A stretch of 64,000 nucleotides of DNA from a bacterium (GTDB lineage: Bacteria; UBA8248), in NCBI GenBank assembly GCA_965200245.1, contig CBDATS010000004.1, forward strand, positions 1,408,001-1,472,000. Reading direction: 5' to 3'. The number at the start of each line of letters is the position of its first letter. Position 1 is the stretch's first letter. Below, piece after piece: positions 1-10,341 of the stretch. The position numbers and the translations under genes are program-made. The notes beneath the pieces are model-generated. The model saw only the letters and a list, made by a program, of their open reading frames with translations. It ran no database searches and had not been told where the DNA came from.

Positions 1-627
1 CAAAACGGGGGCGAGGCTGCCGCTGCAGAACTCGAACGCGCGATGGGCAAGGGCCTGCTCGGTTGCATCATCTCCGATCGCATCGGCTCCCATGCACTGG
101 ACGAGCCCCAGTACGAGGTGTTCTGGGCGACGGCAGAGCGACTCGGCGCGCTGGTGTTCATTCACCCCGATTTCGCGGATCTCAAGGCCCTGTTCCCCTA
201 TTACATGGCGAACTGCGTCGGCAACCCGCTATCCACCACCGTCGCCGTAACGCGGCTTATTCTTTCGGGCCATTTCGAACGCTACCCGAACCTTCAGCTT
301 CTGCTCGCCCACGCGGGCGGAAACCTCCCCTGGTCGATCGGTCGCATCCAACACTGCTGGAACGTGCGACCGGAAACCAAGGTGCACACGCCGCATCCGC
401 CCCGTCACTACTTCAGGAACCTCTATTTCGACGTCATCACCTTCAATCCCTCGGCGCTCAAGTGGATGGTCGACGAAGTGGGGGCCGACCGCGTCGTGTG
501 CGGCACGGACTATCCCTACGACATGATGCAGCAGCGCGTCGTGGATTTCGTCGAAGGGGCGGGACTCACGGAAGAGGCGCAGAATAAAATTCTTCGCGAG
601 ACGCCTGCCAGGCTCATGAAGTTGTAA
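1..627 (+). CDS. Amidohydrolase_2 family (ACMSD-like) protein, 5'-truncated by window edge
   Basis: Frame is open from base 1. Motifs VFIHP, LAHAGG and GTDYPYD. Confidence 0.85.
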   Translation, partial: QNGGEAAAAELERAMGKGLLGCIISDRIGSHALDEPQYEVFWATAERLGALVFIHPDFADLKALFPYYMANCVGNPLSTTVAVTRLILSGHFERYPNLQLLLAHAGGNLPWSIGRIQHCWNVRPETKVHTPHPPRHYFRNLYFDVITFNPSALKWMVDEVGADRVVCGTDYPYDMMQQRVVDFVEGAGLTEEAQNKILRETPARLMKL

Positions 628-735
628 GGGACGCGTCGGTGCACGGACCGGCCGACTGAAGGAGATACGATACGACGTGCAGGAGCCCGTCCACGAGGAT
701 GACTCGCCGAAACCATTACGAGCGGAGGATTCGAC

Positions 736-1908
736 ATGTACATCGCCACGAAGGACGTCATACTCCCCACCACCATCACGGGTTCCCTGCCTCGGCCGGC
801 CTGGTTCCGCCAGAACATCGGTCGCAGAACATTCAGAGAAGCGATGATTGACGCAGAGTTCCGGGAGCAGTACCTCGACAACGTATCCTGTGTCGTCCGC
901 GATCAGGAACGTGCGGGGCTGGACATTGTGACGGACGGTGACGCGCGCTTCGACACGAATGTTGGCGGGCGCGACTGGGTGGGCTACATCGTCGACAGGC
1001 TGAGCGGCTTCTCGGGCCATGAAACGTCAAGAAGCCATGCCACCTGGGGCGGCTCCGTGCCCGGCGAGATCATGTTCGAGGTGCTCGAAGCCCGGATGCT
1101 GCCGAAGGTGACCTCGAAGGTGGGCGAAGGCCCGCTCGAATACGCGCAGATGTGGCGCTGCGCGCAGGCGATGACGGAAAAGCCGCTCAAGTTCGGCTCC
1201 ATAAGTGCGGATTGCTTGGAGTCCATCGTCTCGAACGAGTTTTACGACGACAGGCGCGATCTTTGCCTCGACCTGTGCGAAATCCTGCACGCCGAATTCC
1301 ATCGACTGGCGGCTGCCGGCTGCCAGATATTTCAGGTGGAAGAACCCTGGGTGCACCGCTTCGATTTTCATGCCGAGGATTCGGAGATGTCGATGGAGTT
1401 CTACGTCGAGGCGTTCAACAAGAGCGTGACGGGCCTGAGAGACAAACTGGAACTCTGGTGTCATACCTGCTGGGGGAATCCGGCGCAGCAGCGGTTTTAT
1501 GAGTCTTCGAAGAGCTATGCGCCCGCTCTCGAATACATGAACGAGTTGGACGTGGATGTGCTTACTTTCGAGTGTGCGAGCACGGGTGGAATGGACCTGG
1601 ACGAAATCGGAAGGCGCATCACCAGACCCAAGGTGGCCATCGGTGTGATCAACCACCGGGGACTCCAGGTGGAACGCCCCGAAGAGGTGGCCGCCCTAAT
1701 CCGCAAGGCGCTCGAGACGATTCCCGCCGAGCGGCTGTGCATCTCCACCGACTGCGGCTTCGGGCGCGAGGGCATGAGTCGCCGACACGCGTTCTACAAG
1801 ATGGTGGCACTGTCCCGCGGGACGAATATGGTGAAAAAGGAACTTGGCCTGCCGGAGACCTACATATCAGCCACCGACGGGGCGTTTACGCTGAGTGATG
1901 AGGATTAG
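736..1908 (+). CDS. Cobalamin-independent methionine synthase II (MetE C-terminal-like) family protein
   Basis: Motifs TTITGSLPRP, GLDIVTDG, HTCWGN and STDCGFG. GGAGG RBS upstream. Confidence 0.9.
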   Translation: MYIATKDVILPTTITGSLPRPAWFRQNIGRRTFREAMIDAEFREQYLDNVSCVVRDQERAGLDIVTDGDARFDTNVGGRDWVGYIVDRLSGFSGHETSRSHATWGGSVPGEIMFEVLEARMLPKVTSKVGEGPLEYAQMWRCAQAMTEKPLKFGSISADCLESIVSNEFYDDRRDLCLDLCEILHAEFHRLAAAGCQIFQVEEPWVHRFDFHAEDSEMSMEFYVEAFNKSVTGLRDKLELWCHTCWGNPAQQRFYESSKSYAPALEYMNELDVDVLTFECASTGGMDLDEIGRRITRPKVAIGVINHRGLQVERPEEVAALIRKALETIPAERLCISTDCGFGREGMSRRHAFYKMVALSRGTNMVKKELGLPETYISATDGAFTLSDED

Positions 1909-3743
1909 GAAGCCGGATCTGCGTTTTTGGCCTCTGCTATCTCCAATGCGGCGCGAAGTTCGTCTCCGCCGATTGTTTCCTGATCCAGCAGGCGTGTGGT
2001 GAGGGATTCCAGATCGTCTCGCCTCTGGGTCAATATGTCCGTCGCGCGCGCATAGGCGCCGGCCAGAATTTTTTCCACCTCCTCATCCACCTCGTGCATG
2101 GTCGCCTCGCTGATGTCGAGATGGGACGCGCCGTTCATGCTCCCGCCCAGGTAGAGGGGACGCGAGGCGTCTCCCATGGCGCGGGGACCGAAGCGTTCGC
2201 TCATGCCGTATTCGGTCACCATCGAGCGGGCCATGTCTGTGGCACGCTGCAAGTCGTTCTGTGCGCCCGTGGAGACTTCCCCGAAAACTACCTCTTCCGC
2301 TGCGCGGCCCGCCAGGAGGACGGCGATTCTGTCGTCGATCTCTGTTTTCGAGAGCAGGTAGCGATCCTCGACGGGGCGCTGGAGGGTGTAACCCAGGGCA
2401 GCGAGGCCCCTCGGGATGATCGAGACCTTCTGCACCGGGTCCGCCGTTCCCACGAGTTCGGCCACCATGGCGTGGCCTAACTCGTGATAGGCCACGCGGC
2501 GGCGTTCCTCGCTCGTCATGACACGCGAGCGCTTCTCGAGACCCGCCGCCACGCGCTCGAAGGCTTCCTCGAAATCGACCATCATCACGGCGTCGCGATC
2601 ATGGCGCGCTGCGAGGAGGGCGGCCTCGTTCGAGAGGTTGGCGAGATCCGCCCCGGACAAGCCGGGTGTCATCTCGGCGAGTCTTTCGATGTCCACGTCC
2701 TGGCCCAGCACGAGTGTCTTCGTGTGCACATTGAGGATGTGTCTTCTGCCGCTCAGGTCCGGCCTGTCGACCAGCACCTGCCTGTCGAAGCGCCCCGGAC
2801 GCAGGAGGGCGGGGTCCAGTATCTCGGGGCGGTTGGTCGCCGCCATGATGATGACCCCTTTTCTGGTGTCGAAACCGTCCATCTCGACCAGGAGTTGGTT
2901 TAGCGTCTGCTCGCGTTCATCGTGTCCGCCCGCGAGATTTCCCACTCCGCGCGCCTTGCCGAGGGCGTCCAGTTCGTCCACGAAGACGATACAGGGGGCC
3001 TTCTCCATGGCCTGTTCGAACAGATCGCGTACGCGCGCCGCGCCAAGGCCCACGAACATCTCCACGAACTCGGACCCACTGATGCTGAAGAAAAAGACCC
3101 CCGCTTCTCCCGCCACGGCTTTCGCCATGAGCGTCTTTCCGCATCCGGGAGGTCCCACCAGCAGAACGCCGCGCGGAATCTTGCCACCGAGGCGCAGGTA
3201 GCGATCCGGATTCTTGAGGTAATCCACCACCTCGGCGAGTTCCTCCTTGGCCTCGTCCACCCCCGCGACATCCGGGAAGCGTACACCCACTTCCTTTTCC
3301 GCAAATATCTTCGCCTTGTTCTTGCCGAAGGCCATCACCCCCTGGCCGGGACCCATGCGGCGCAGCACGAAGGCGTAGATGGCGAAGAGTATTGCCAGCG
3401 GCAGTACCCAGGTCGTGAACATCTGCACCAGCCAGGGCGGCTCGAACTGGCCCTGGAAGGTGACGCCCGCGTCTTCGAGCAGCTTGATAAGTTCGGGATC
3501 CGCCACCTTGGCGGTCTCGAAGAACCTTTGCCGACCGTTCACGTCACGTCTTTTCAAAACGCCCTGCAGCCGGTCGCCCCGGATGTCGACGCGTTCCACG
3601 CCGCCGTCCTTGAGCATGGCGCGGAACTCGTTGTAAGGGATGCGCTGGTAGTGCGCACCCTGGAAGAAAAGCGTGTGGATAAGTGACATGATGACGAAGA
3701 TGAAGAGAAAATACCCGATGGAAAACCGTGTTTTCTTGTTCAA
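1905..3743 (-). CDS. ftsH: ATP-dependent zinc metalloprotease FtsH
   Basis: Two TM segments, [35 protein letters not shown] and HELGH. TTG start after GGAGGGGG. Confidence 0.95.
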   Translation of the reverse strand: MNKKTRFSIGYFLFIFVIMSLIHTLFFQGAHYQRIPYNEFRAMLKDGGVERVDIRGDRLQGVLKRRDVNGRQRFFETAKVADPELIKLLEDAGVTFQGQFEPPWLVQMFTTWVLPLAILFAIYAFVLRRMGPGQGVMAFGKNKAKIFAEKEVGVRFPDVAGVDEAKEELAEVVDYLKNPDRYLRLGGKIPRGVLLVGPPGCGKTLMAKAVAGEAGVFFFSISGSEFVEMFVGLGAARVRDLFEQAMEKAPCIVFVDELDALGKARGVGNLAGGHDEREQTLNQLLVEMDGFDTRKGVIIMAATNRPEILDPALLRPGRFDRQVLVDRPDLSGRRHILNVHTKTLVLGQDVDIERLAEMTPGLSGADLANLSNEAALLAARHDRDAVMMVDFEEAFERVAAGLEKRSRVMTSEERRRVAYHELGHAMVAELVGTADPVQKVSIIPRGLAALGYTLQRPVEDRYLLSKTEIDDRIAVLLAGRAAEEVVFGEVSTGAQNDLQRATDMARSMVTEYGMSERFGPRAMGDASRPLYLGGSMNGASHLDISEATMHEVDEEVEKILAGAYARATDILTQRRDDLESLTTRLLDQETIGGDELRAALEIAEAKNADPAS

Positions 3744-4077
3744 CGTCCCCCTCCTTCGGGGAAAAGCGGCAGGCGCACCGGCGACCGCTTGAGCCTTGCG
3801 AACGCCTTGAGGTGAGCATATCAAATCAGAAGACGCAGGTGAAATTCATCAGCCCCAAGGGAGAGTGTCCCTAGGATGACTGAATCACAAACGAGGCGAT
3901 TCAGGGAGCGGTTTCGTCAGCGGCCAGTAAATGTTGATTCGCCTTCAGGATGAATATATCCGAGTGCTTGAAATCGAGTGCCCGTGCCACCTTTCACCAC
4001 ACCCCTTCCCCCTTGCGCATATCGCCCCGTTCGTCTTTAATGAGGAACCTGGTTATCCACCCCATACTGGAGCGATT

Positions 4078-4731
4078 ATGCGAGTATCGGATGAGTTCGA
4101 CAGGCCGCCGGGCCCGCTGTTCGGGCTTTGGAGTACGTTCTACATCGACAGGCTGAAGTTTGCGAAGCGGATGCTCATGGGCTACCGCAAACAGAGAAAA
4201 GAAGCGTTCCGCGACACCCTCAAGCCGGGTGAGTCGATGCCCGACGTGAAGCTCAGGACCACCGAAGACGTCGCGTTCGATTTGTCTGATTTCTTCGGGA
4301 AGAAGAACATCGTCATCGAGTTCGGGGCCATCACGTGACCCCCCTACCGCCGGCAGGTGGCCGGCGTCGAGGAGTTGCAGGAAAAATACAGGGATGAGGA
4401 TGTGGTCTTTTTCGTCGTCTACTCCAAGGAACCCCACGCGGGCGAGACGAGCCACTTCAGGAAATACGCGCAGCACACCTCCTATGAGCACAAGAAACAA
4501 TACGCGCAGGAACTTGTAGAGGAATTCGGGATGAAGGTACCGGTCCTCATCGATGATCTGGACGAGAGTGTCGTGCATGCCTTCGGGCGTATGCCGAACA
4601 TGACGTTCATCGTGGACAAGGAAGGGCGAATCGCCTACAAATCCGACTGGATGGAGACGGCGCGCGTCGAGAAATTGCTTGACGAACTGCTGGCTGAGCA
4701 AAAGGCCGGGGCGTCGGCTTTGGCCAATTAG
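4078..4731 (+). CDS. Iodothyronine deiodinase-like / thioredoxin-fold selenoprotein (UGA at 4336-4338 = Sec)
   Basis: ORFs 3931-4338 and 4357-4731 are one frame joined by a single TGA, giving EFGAIT-U-PPY...VVYSKEPH (deiodinase FGSxTUPPF...YIxEAH). Hairpin follows the UGA. selA and selB are in the window. Confidence 0.9.
4348..4366 (+). promoter_or_regulatory. Putative bacterial SECIS element
   Basis: CGCCGGC-AGGTG-GCCGGCG: perfect 7-bp stem with a G-containing loop, starting 10 nt after the UGA. Confidence 0.75.
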
Positions 4732-4781
4732 AAGATACTCCCGCCCTTCCCGGGAGGGGGCAGCGTTATACGAGGACGCAC

Positions 4782-4811
4782 GGGCGGTCCATGCGGCGGG
4801 CCGCCCTTTTT
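4782..4811 (+). terminator. Intrinsic terminator after the selenoprotein gene
   Basis: GGGCGGTCC-N7-GGGCCGCCC followed by a T run. Confidence 0.65.
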
Positions 4812-4839
4812 CATCCGCATTATGGGGGGATGAGCGAAA

Positions 4840-5967
4840 TTGACCTCCACGGAATACGCATGGTTTCTGCCGACGGGAAGGTATGGAGACGGCCACACGA
4901 TCAACGCCAAAACACCCGAGCGTCCCCCGACAGTGGAATATATGAGTGAAGTCGCACGCGCGGCGGAAGCGGCGGGTTTCGTGAATCTTCTGGTGCCGAC
5001 AGGTTCTCATTGCCTCGACGCCTGGATGATCACCTTGGCCGTCGCACAGCACACCGGGCGCATCAAGTTCTGCGTGGCCTTCCGGCCCGGGCTTGCGAGT
5101 CCCGTGTTCACGGCCCAGCAAGCGAACACCTATGACGCCGTAACGGGCGGGCGGCTCACCGTAAACGTGGTAACGGGTTCCACACCCGTGGATCAGAGGC
5201 GCTACGGCGACCACCTGGCCCACGCGGAACGCTACGCGCGCACGGAAGAGTTTCTGGACGTCGTGAAGGCACTCTGGACGAGCGATGAACCGGTGAGCTA
5301 CGCGGGAGAATATTACCAGATCGAGAACGCCACGCTGTACGCCAGGCCCGTCTCGAAGCCCCATCCCACGATATTTCTGGGCGGAAGCTCCGACGCTGGC
5401 CGACGCGTGGGTGCCAAGCACGCCGACGTGCACATGATGTGGGCAGTGGCTCTCCTCCAGGTCGCAGAGGATGCCGCCGACATGCGTCGCCGCGCGGAAG
5501 AAGCGGGGCGGGGGGATAAGCTGCGCTTCGGCCTGAGACTCCACGTGATGTGTCGCGAGACCAGGAAAGAGGCCCGTCGCGCGGCGGAGGCGCTGCTTGA
5601 AAAGAGCGCGCTCGAGAACACGAGGATGTGGGCCGACCAGCGAAATCTCTCCGAAAGCGAGGGACAGCGCCGCATGAACGAACTCTACGAGAGCGGTTCC
5701 CCCTGGCTTACGGATACCCTCTGGATGGGCGTGAACAAGGTACGATCGGGTGCTGCGGCCATGCTGGTCGGTACGCCGGAGATGGTGGCCTCGGCACTCA
5801 GGGAATACGTGGACCTTGGCGTTCGCAATTTCATCCTCTCGGGCTGGCCGCATTTGGAAGAAGCCGAGATTTTCGGGCGCGAAGTGATGCCGCTCCTGAA
5901 AGACACGAACCCTGCACGGCTCGAATATTCCGAGAATCAAACCGAGCCCTCCTCCCTCATGGCATAA
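4840..5967 (+). CDS. LLM-class flavin-dependent monooxygenase (SsuD/MsuD-like)
   Basis: Motifs WFLPT, AEAAGF..LLVPTG, VAFRPG, GGRLTVNVVTG, GGSS and FILSGWPHLEEA. Confidence 0.9.
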   Translation: MTSTEYAWFLPTGRYGDGHTINAKTPERPPTVEYMSEVARAAEAAGFVNLLVPTGSHCLDAWMITLAVAQHTGRIKFCVAFRPGLASPVFTAQQANTYDAVTGGRLTVNVVTGSTPVDQRRYGDHLAHAERYARTEEFLDVVKALWTSDEPVSYAGEYYQIENATLYARPVSKPHPTIFLGGSSDAGRRVGAKHADVHMMWAVALLQVAEDAADMRRRAEEAGRGDKLRFGLRLHVMCRETRKEARRAAEALLEKSALENTRMWADQRNLSESEGQRRMNELYESGSPWLTDTLWMGVNKVRSGAAAMLVGTPEMVASALREYVDLGVRNFILSGWPHLEEAEIFGREVMPLLKDTNPARLEYSENQTEPSSLMA

Positions 5968-5976
5968 GGACGAACG

Positions 5977-6666
5977 ATGAACTGCCGCGTCTTCGACACC
6001 CGCGAGATAGACCACCAGCAGATATACCGCCTCCTCATCGGATCGGTCGTCCCCCGGCCCATTGCCTGGGTGAGCACAAGAAGCGCTGAGGGCGTGGCGA
6101 ACCTGGCGCCCTTCAGTTTTTTCACCATGGTGTCGCACCACCCGCCGATGGCGTCGATATCCGTCGGCGAGCGCGAGAAAAAGCCCAAGGACACCGCGCG
6201 CAATATTCTGGACACCAAGGGCTACGTCATCCACACGGTGGTGAACGGCTGGGAGGAGGCGATGAACATTTGCGCGGGTAACTACGCGCCTGAGGAGAGC
6301 GAGTTCGAGGCGGCGGGACTTGAGATGGTTCCTTCGGATATTGTAGACGCACCGCGCATCAAGGACGCCCCTGTGGCGATGGAATGCCGCTTCGAGCGCA
6401 TGATTTCCTTCGGCCAGGAATGGGTGACGCACCTCGTTATCGGAGAGGTACTGCGCTGGCACGTGCGCGAGGATTTGATACTTACCGATGAGGAGAAGGT
6501 ATACATCGACCCCGCGAAACTACAGCCTGTGGGCAGGCTGGGCGGTCCCCGGTACTGCCGCACACAGGACATCTTCGAGATGCAGGCCCCCTACATCCAG
6601 CCCGACAGGGTACACCCCAACGACCCCGCGCAGAACGATATCCAGCCCGCGAAACAGGGTTCCTGA
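5977..6666 (+). CDS. Flavin reductase family protein
   Basis: Motifs VVPRPIAWVST, NLAPFSFF, KDTARNI and GRLGG. Confidence 0.9.
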   Translation: MNCRVFDTREIDHQQIYRLLIGSVVPRPIAWVSTRSAEGVANLAPFSFFTMVSHHPPMASISVGEREKKPKDTARNILDTKGYVIHTVVNGWEEAMNICAGNYAPEESEFEAAGLEMVPSDIVDAPRIKDAPVAMECRFERMISFGQEWVTHLVIGEVLRWHVREDLILTDEEKVYIDPAKLQPVGRLGGPRYCRTQDIFEMQAPYIQPDRVHPNDPAQNDIQPAKQGS

Positions 6667-6779
6667 ATGGCGAAGCGACGGCGCTGAGCTGCCCCCTTGC
6701 GTACGAGTTTGAGCGCCGAGTATCATTTCGCGGAATTCGATGAAATCCGTTTCCCCATTCTCGGTGAAGCCACGAGGAG

Positions 6780-7256
6780 ATGAAGATGAAAAAAACCATT
6801 TTGGCCACACTGGTTTTAAGCATTGGCCTTGCCCTGGGCGTCGGGGCCGAGAAGGCCTGTGCGATGGACGACGCCGTCTCGAAACATATGATCGCGCAAG
6901 CCAAGCTGACGGCGCACTTCATCGCGGCAGCCGTCAAGGCGGGCATGGGCAAAAAAGAGATTAACGCCGCTCTCGCCAAGGTGGCGAAAGAATCGGCGAT
7001 ATCGGAATTCTGGATCAGCGACGAGAAAGGCAAGATAGAATTCACCAACATTCCGGGCACGGGTTTCAAGTTCCCCACCGACGTGAACGCCAAGACACAG
7101 GCTGCGCCCTTCGCCGCGCTCTTGAGCGGGGGGAAGAAGGTCGTCGTCTAGGGCTTTCAGCCGCGTGAACTCGACGCCAAGCCCTTCAAGTACGTGGGCG
7201 TGGCCGGTGTGGACAAACCCCGCATCGTCTAGGTCGGCGTGGCGGGCAAGAAATAG
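6780..7256 (+). pseudogene. Secreted sensor-domain-like protein with two in-frame TAG codons (7149, 7230)
   Basis: Signal peptide and ISEFWISDEKG. The frame continues past the TAGs as VVV*GFQPRELDAKPFKYVGVAGVDKPRIV*VGVAGKK, matching the KYVGV.GVDKPRIVQVG motif I recall from chemoreceptor-type sensor domains. Confidence 0.7.
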
Positions 7257-7294
7257 GGCGTTCAAGTCCAGCACTTGGAAAGAGTCTTTGATAC

Positions 7295-7954
7295 ATGAGC
7301 ACGTTGAATGAAAACCTGATCCGCGAGATGGCGGCGGAAGCGCTCGACGTAGAGATCGTCGCTTCTAATCCCGTCGAGCAGTTCCGCCGCTGGTATGCGC
7401 AGGCGAAAAGTGCTGCGATCCCGAGAGAAGACGCGATGACGCTCGCCACGGTGGGGCCTGACGGTGCGCCCGCGGCGCGAATCGTGCTGTACAAGGATCT
7501 CGCAGACCTAGGCTACGCGGAGCCTGATTTCCCCTTCTTCACGAACTATGAGAGCGACAAGGGCGAACAACTCGCGCGCGACGCGAGAGCCGCTCTGGTC
7601 TTCCACTGGAAACCGCCCGCCCGGCAGGTGCGCGTAAAGGGTGTGGTGGAGAAACTGCCCGAGAACATATCGGACGCCTACTTTGCCACCCGCCCGCGTG
7701 GCAGCCAGATAGGCGCGTGGGCGTCGCCGCAGAGCCGCGTGGTGGCGGACCGCGCCTTCATCGAAGCGCAAGAACGTGCCTACGAGGCCGAGTTTCTTGG
7801 CCGCGACGTGCAGCGTCCCCCGCACTGGGGCGGTTACGTCTTAAAGCCACATTGCGTCGAGTTCTGGCAACACAGGGACAGCCGCCTCCACGACCGCGTG
7901 CGCTACACGCTGGAAACGGGAGGCGCGTGGCGGATCGAAAGACTTGGGCCATAG
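7295..7954 (+). CDS. pdxH: Pyridoxamine 5'-phosphate oxidase
   Basis: Motifs AMTLAT, ARIVLYK, FFTNYES, RQVRV, SQIGAWASPQS and EFWQ.R..RLHDR. Confidence 0.95.
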   Translation: MSTLNENLIREMAAEALDVEIVASNPVEQFRRWYAQAKSAAIPREDAMTLATVGPDGAPAARIVLYKDLADLGYAEPDFPFFTNYESDKGEQLARDARAALVFHWKPPARQVRVKGVVEKLPENISDAYFATRPRGSQIGAWASPQSRVVADRAFIEAQERAYEAEFLGRDVQRPPHWGGYVLKPHCVEFWQHRDSRLHDRVRYTLETGGAWRIERLGP

Positions 7955-7956
7955 AA

Positions 7957-7984
7957 GACAAAAAGGCCCAGGGGGCCTCTTGTC
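7957..7984. terminator. Hairpin after pdxH (probable terminator)
   Basis: GACAAAAAGGCCC-AGG-GGGCCTCTTGTC inverted repeat between convergent genes. Confidence 0.5.
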
Positions 7985-8143
7985 GATCGGGCAAGTCCCG
8001 ATTTTTGATATGGACAACAAAATCCAGTTACAGGTGAAAAGAGATTGCAGCCCAAGAGGTTACAGGTTGCATTCTGGTCAGGTTCGTCTGCCCTCGACAC
8101 AGAGATATCCAGCTTCTCTGCGGGAAGGGGGAACGATAGGCAC

Positions 8144-8872
8144 TTAGCCTGAATCCTGCGCCTTTATCCCCTGAATTCCCCATGATGTGTCCTTGGCCGT
8201 TACGAAGACGTAGTCCTCATCACCCACGATTTCGGCGGAGTGGACGACGTTCGCGGGCATATGGGCGATGTCACCCGTGGTGATCGTCGTGGACTCGCCA
8301 CCAATCGTCATCCGGCAAGCGCCCGAGAGGACGATGGCGAACTGCTCGTTGGGGTGGGAATGCGGCTCGGCCTTGCCGCCAGCGGGAATGCGCATTTTCC
8401 CGAAGATGATTCGCTCGCCCGTCACCCACGCGCCTTCGGTCGGGCTGTAGTCTTCTCCGGCGAGGCCCTTTTCCATAACTTCGGTGTCGTAGAAGTAAGG
8501 AACGTGTTCGGTGGTCTGTTTCATCTCGGTAGGCGTACCTTCAATGGTGGTGGCGGTGTCTTTCGCCACGATGAACTCGTAATCCGTATCGCCCAAAACT
8601 TCCGCCTCGTGCACGGCGTTCGCGGGCCGGTAGGCAATGTGGCCGGGTGTGAGAACGTGCACATCGCCTTCGATATTCAGGCGAGTACTGCCGGCCAGAC
8701 AATACCCGAACTGTTCGTTCGCGTGGGCGTGTGCGCTGGAGCGCGTGCCCGCGGGCATGCGCATCTTGCCGAAGATGAGCCGCTCGCCTGTCACCCACGC
8801 GCCCGCCGCCGAACTGTAAGCCGCGCCTGCGAGATTTTTTTCCATTTCGTCCGTCTTGTAGAAATACGTCAT
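8144..8872 (-). CDS. Bicupin (two tandem cupin domains)
   Basis: Internal repeat GAWVTGER..FGKMR.PAG...HxHxNEQ...PAN.VH occurs twice. Confidence 0.85.
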   Translation of the reverse strand: MTYFYKTDEMEKNLAGAAYSSAAGAWVTGERLIFGKMRMPAGTRSSAHAHANEQFGYCLAGSTRLNIEGDVHVLTPGHIAYRPANAVHEAEVLGDTDYEFIVAKDTATTIEGTPTEMKQTTEHVPYFYDTEVMEKGLAGEDYSPTEGAWVTGERIIFGKMRIPAGGKAEPHSHPNEQFAIVLSGACRMTIGGESTTITTGDIAHMPANVVHSAEIVGDEDYVFVTAKDTSWGIQGIKAQDSG

Positions 8873-9174
8873 CGTCTTGATCCTCTCCCCAAATAATCAC
8901 CCACAAAGAACTAAGCGAAGAATATCGCCCATCCGTGCGCACCGGGCAATGTCCGGGGTGTTTGGGAATAGAGATATGGTGGAAAACCGAACGCGTTTAA
9001 TCGAACTATTGCCAGAAGGCCGGATTCATGTCTGTATCTTTCTCTAAAATTACGAGGGCAAATGCAGCGATTTGCGAGAGGAGATTTTCCGGGACGTGCC
9101 ACGACCCCAAGTGCATAATTCGCCGGAACCCGGGCAGGGTGATTCTTCAGGGGTTTGCTTGTCAATGTTACGAG

Positions 9175-10341
9175 TCAGACAATGCCTTCATCGCGGAGGC
9201 GGACTATCTCTTTCGTATCGTAGCCCAACTCTGTGAGAATCCCTTCGGTGTGTTCGCCCAACCCCGGCGAAGGATTTGAAAAATAAGGGATTTCTCCACC
9301 GAACGTTACCGGCGATGCGGGCATTAGGCCCGGCCCTGCGACTGGATGGTCGACCTCCACGAAGGCCTCCGGAAAGCGTTCTTTCACTTGCGCTACGTCG
9401 TTGATGGCGCTCACCGTAACGCCTTGAGGAATAAGGTGTTCCTCCCACTCGGCGGTTGTCTTCCGGGTGAGAATTTCTTCCAGAATCACGCGCAGGACAT
9501 CGTCGTTCGCTACGCGATCCTTGTTTTCAAGGAAGCGGGCGTCATCCGCAAGCTCAGGTCTTTCAAGTGCTTCGACGAACACACGGTAGCGGTTCGTGTT
9601 CGAGATCGCAACGTATATGAGGCCGTCCCTGGTGCGGTAACCTGAAAAAGGAGAGACCACAGGATGCGAGAGGCCCTCCGGCATAGGCACTGTGCCAGTG
9701 ACGGTGTGGCGTGCTACGGGGTTTTCCATGATATTCACGGTCGCGCCCATCATCGAGGCGTCCACGCGCATCCCTTCACCTGTCTGTTCCCGTTTCAGGA
9801 GAGCGGTGAGAATCCCCGAGAGCAGGTAGAGACCGCTTGTCACGTCGACGATTGACACGCCCACGCGCACAGGCGCTCCTCCCACAGGACCCGTCACACT
9901 GATTAGGCCTCCCGCGGCCTGCAAGAGACTGTCAAAAGCCGGGCGTGCGGCATTCTTCCCACTCCGACCGAAGCCGGACACCGATCCGTATACGAGCCGG
10001 GGATTTTCGGCCTTGAGCACCTCCCAGCCGATTCCCAATCGCTCCATCACCCCGGGGAGGAGGTTTTCCACCAAAACGTCCGCTTTCCGACACAGTTTTT
10101 TGAACACTTTCACGCCATCTGATTTCTTGAGGTCGATCGTGATGGAACGCTTGCCCCGGTTCAGGCTCATGAAGTAGCTGCTCTCACCGTTCTTGAAAGG
10201 ACCGATGGCGCGGCTGTCCTCTCCGCCGGGACGTTCCACCTTGATGACCTCGGCGCCATAACCGGCGAGATAAAGTGACACGATGGGGCCAGCGTTGAAC
10301 TGGCTGGCATCAATAACCTTAAGGCCCTGGAGAAGCGTCAT
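9175..10341 (-). CDS. CaiB/BaiF family III CoA-transferase
   Basis: Motifs GAEVIKVE, LNRGKRSITIDLK, ADVLVEN and PGLGEHT. Confidence 0.92.
   Translation of the reverse strand: MTLLQGLKVIDASQFNAGPIVSLYLAGYGAEVIKVERPGGEDSRAIGPFKNGESSYFMSLNRGKRSITIDLKKSDGVKVFKKLCRKADVLVENLLPGVMERLGIGWEVLKAENPRLVYGSVSGFGRSGKNAARPAFDSLLQAAGGLISVTGPVGGAPVRVGVSIVDVTSGLYLLSGILTALLKREQTGEGMRVDASMMGATVNIMENPVARHTVTGTVPMPEGLSHPVVSPFSGYRTRDGLIYVAISNTNRYRVFVEALERPELADDARFLENKDRVANDDVLRVILEEILTRKTTAEWEEHLIPQGVTVSAINDVAQVKERFPEAFVEVDHPVAGPGLMPASPVTFGGEIPYFSNPSPGLGEHTEGILTELGYDTKEIVRLRDEGIV

Noticed and set aside
3994-6462. 822-aa minus-strand ORF and similar long antisense ORFs
   Set aside because: Shadow frames of real GC-rich genes on the opposite strand, with no motifs.
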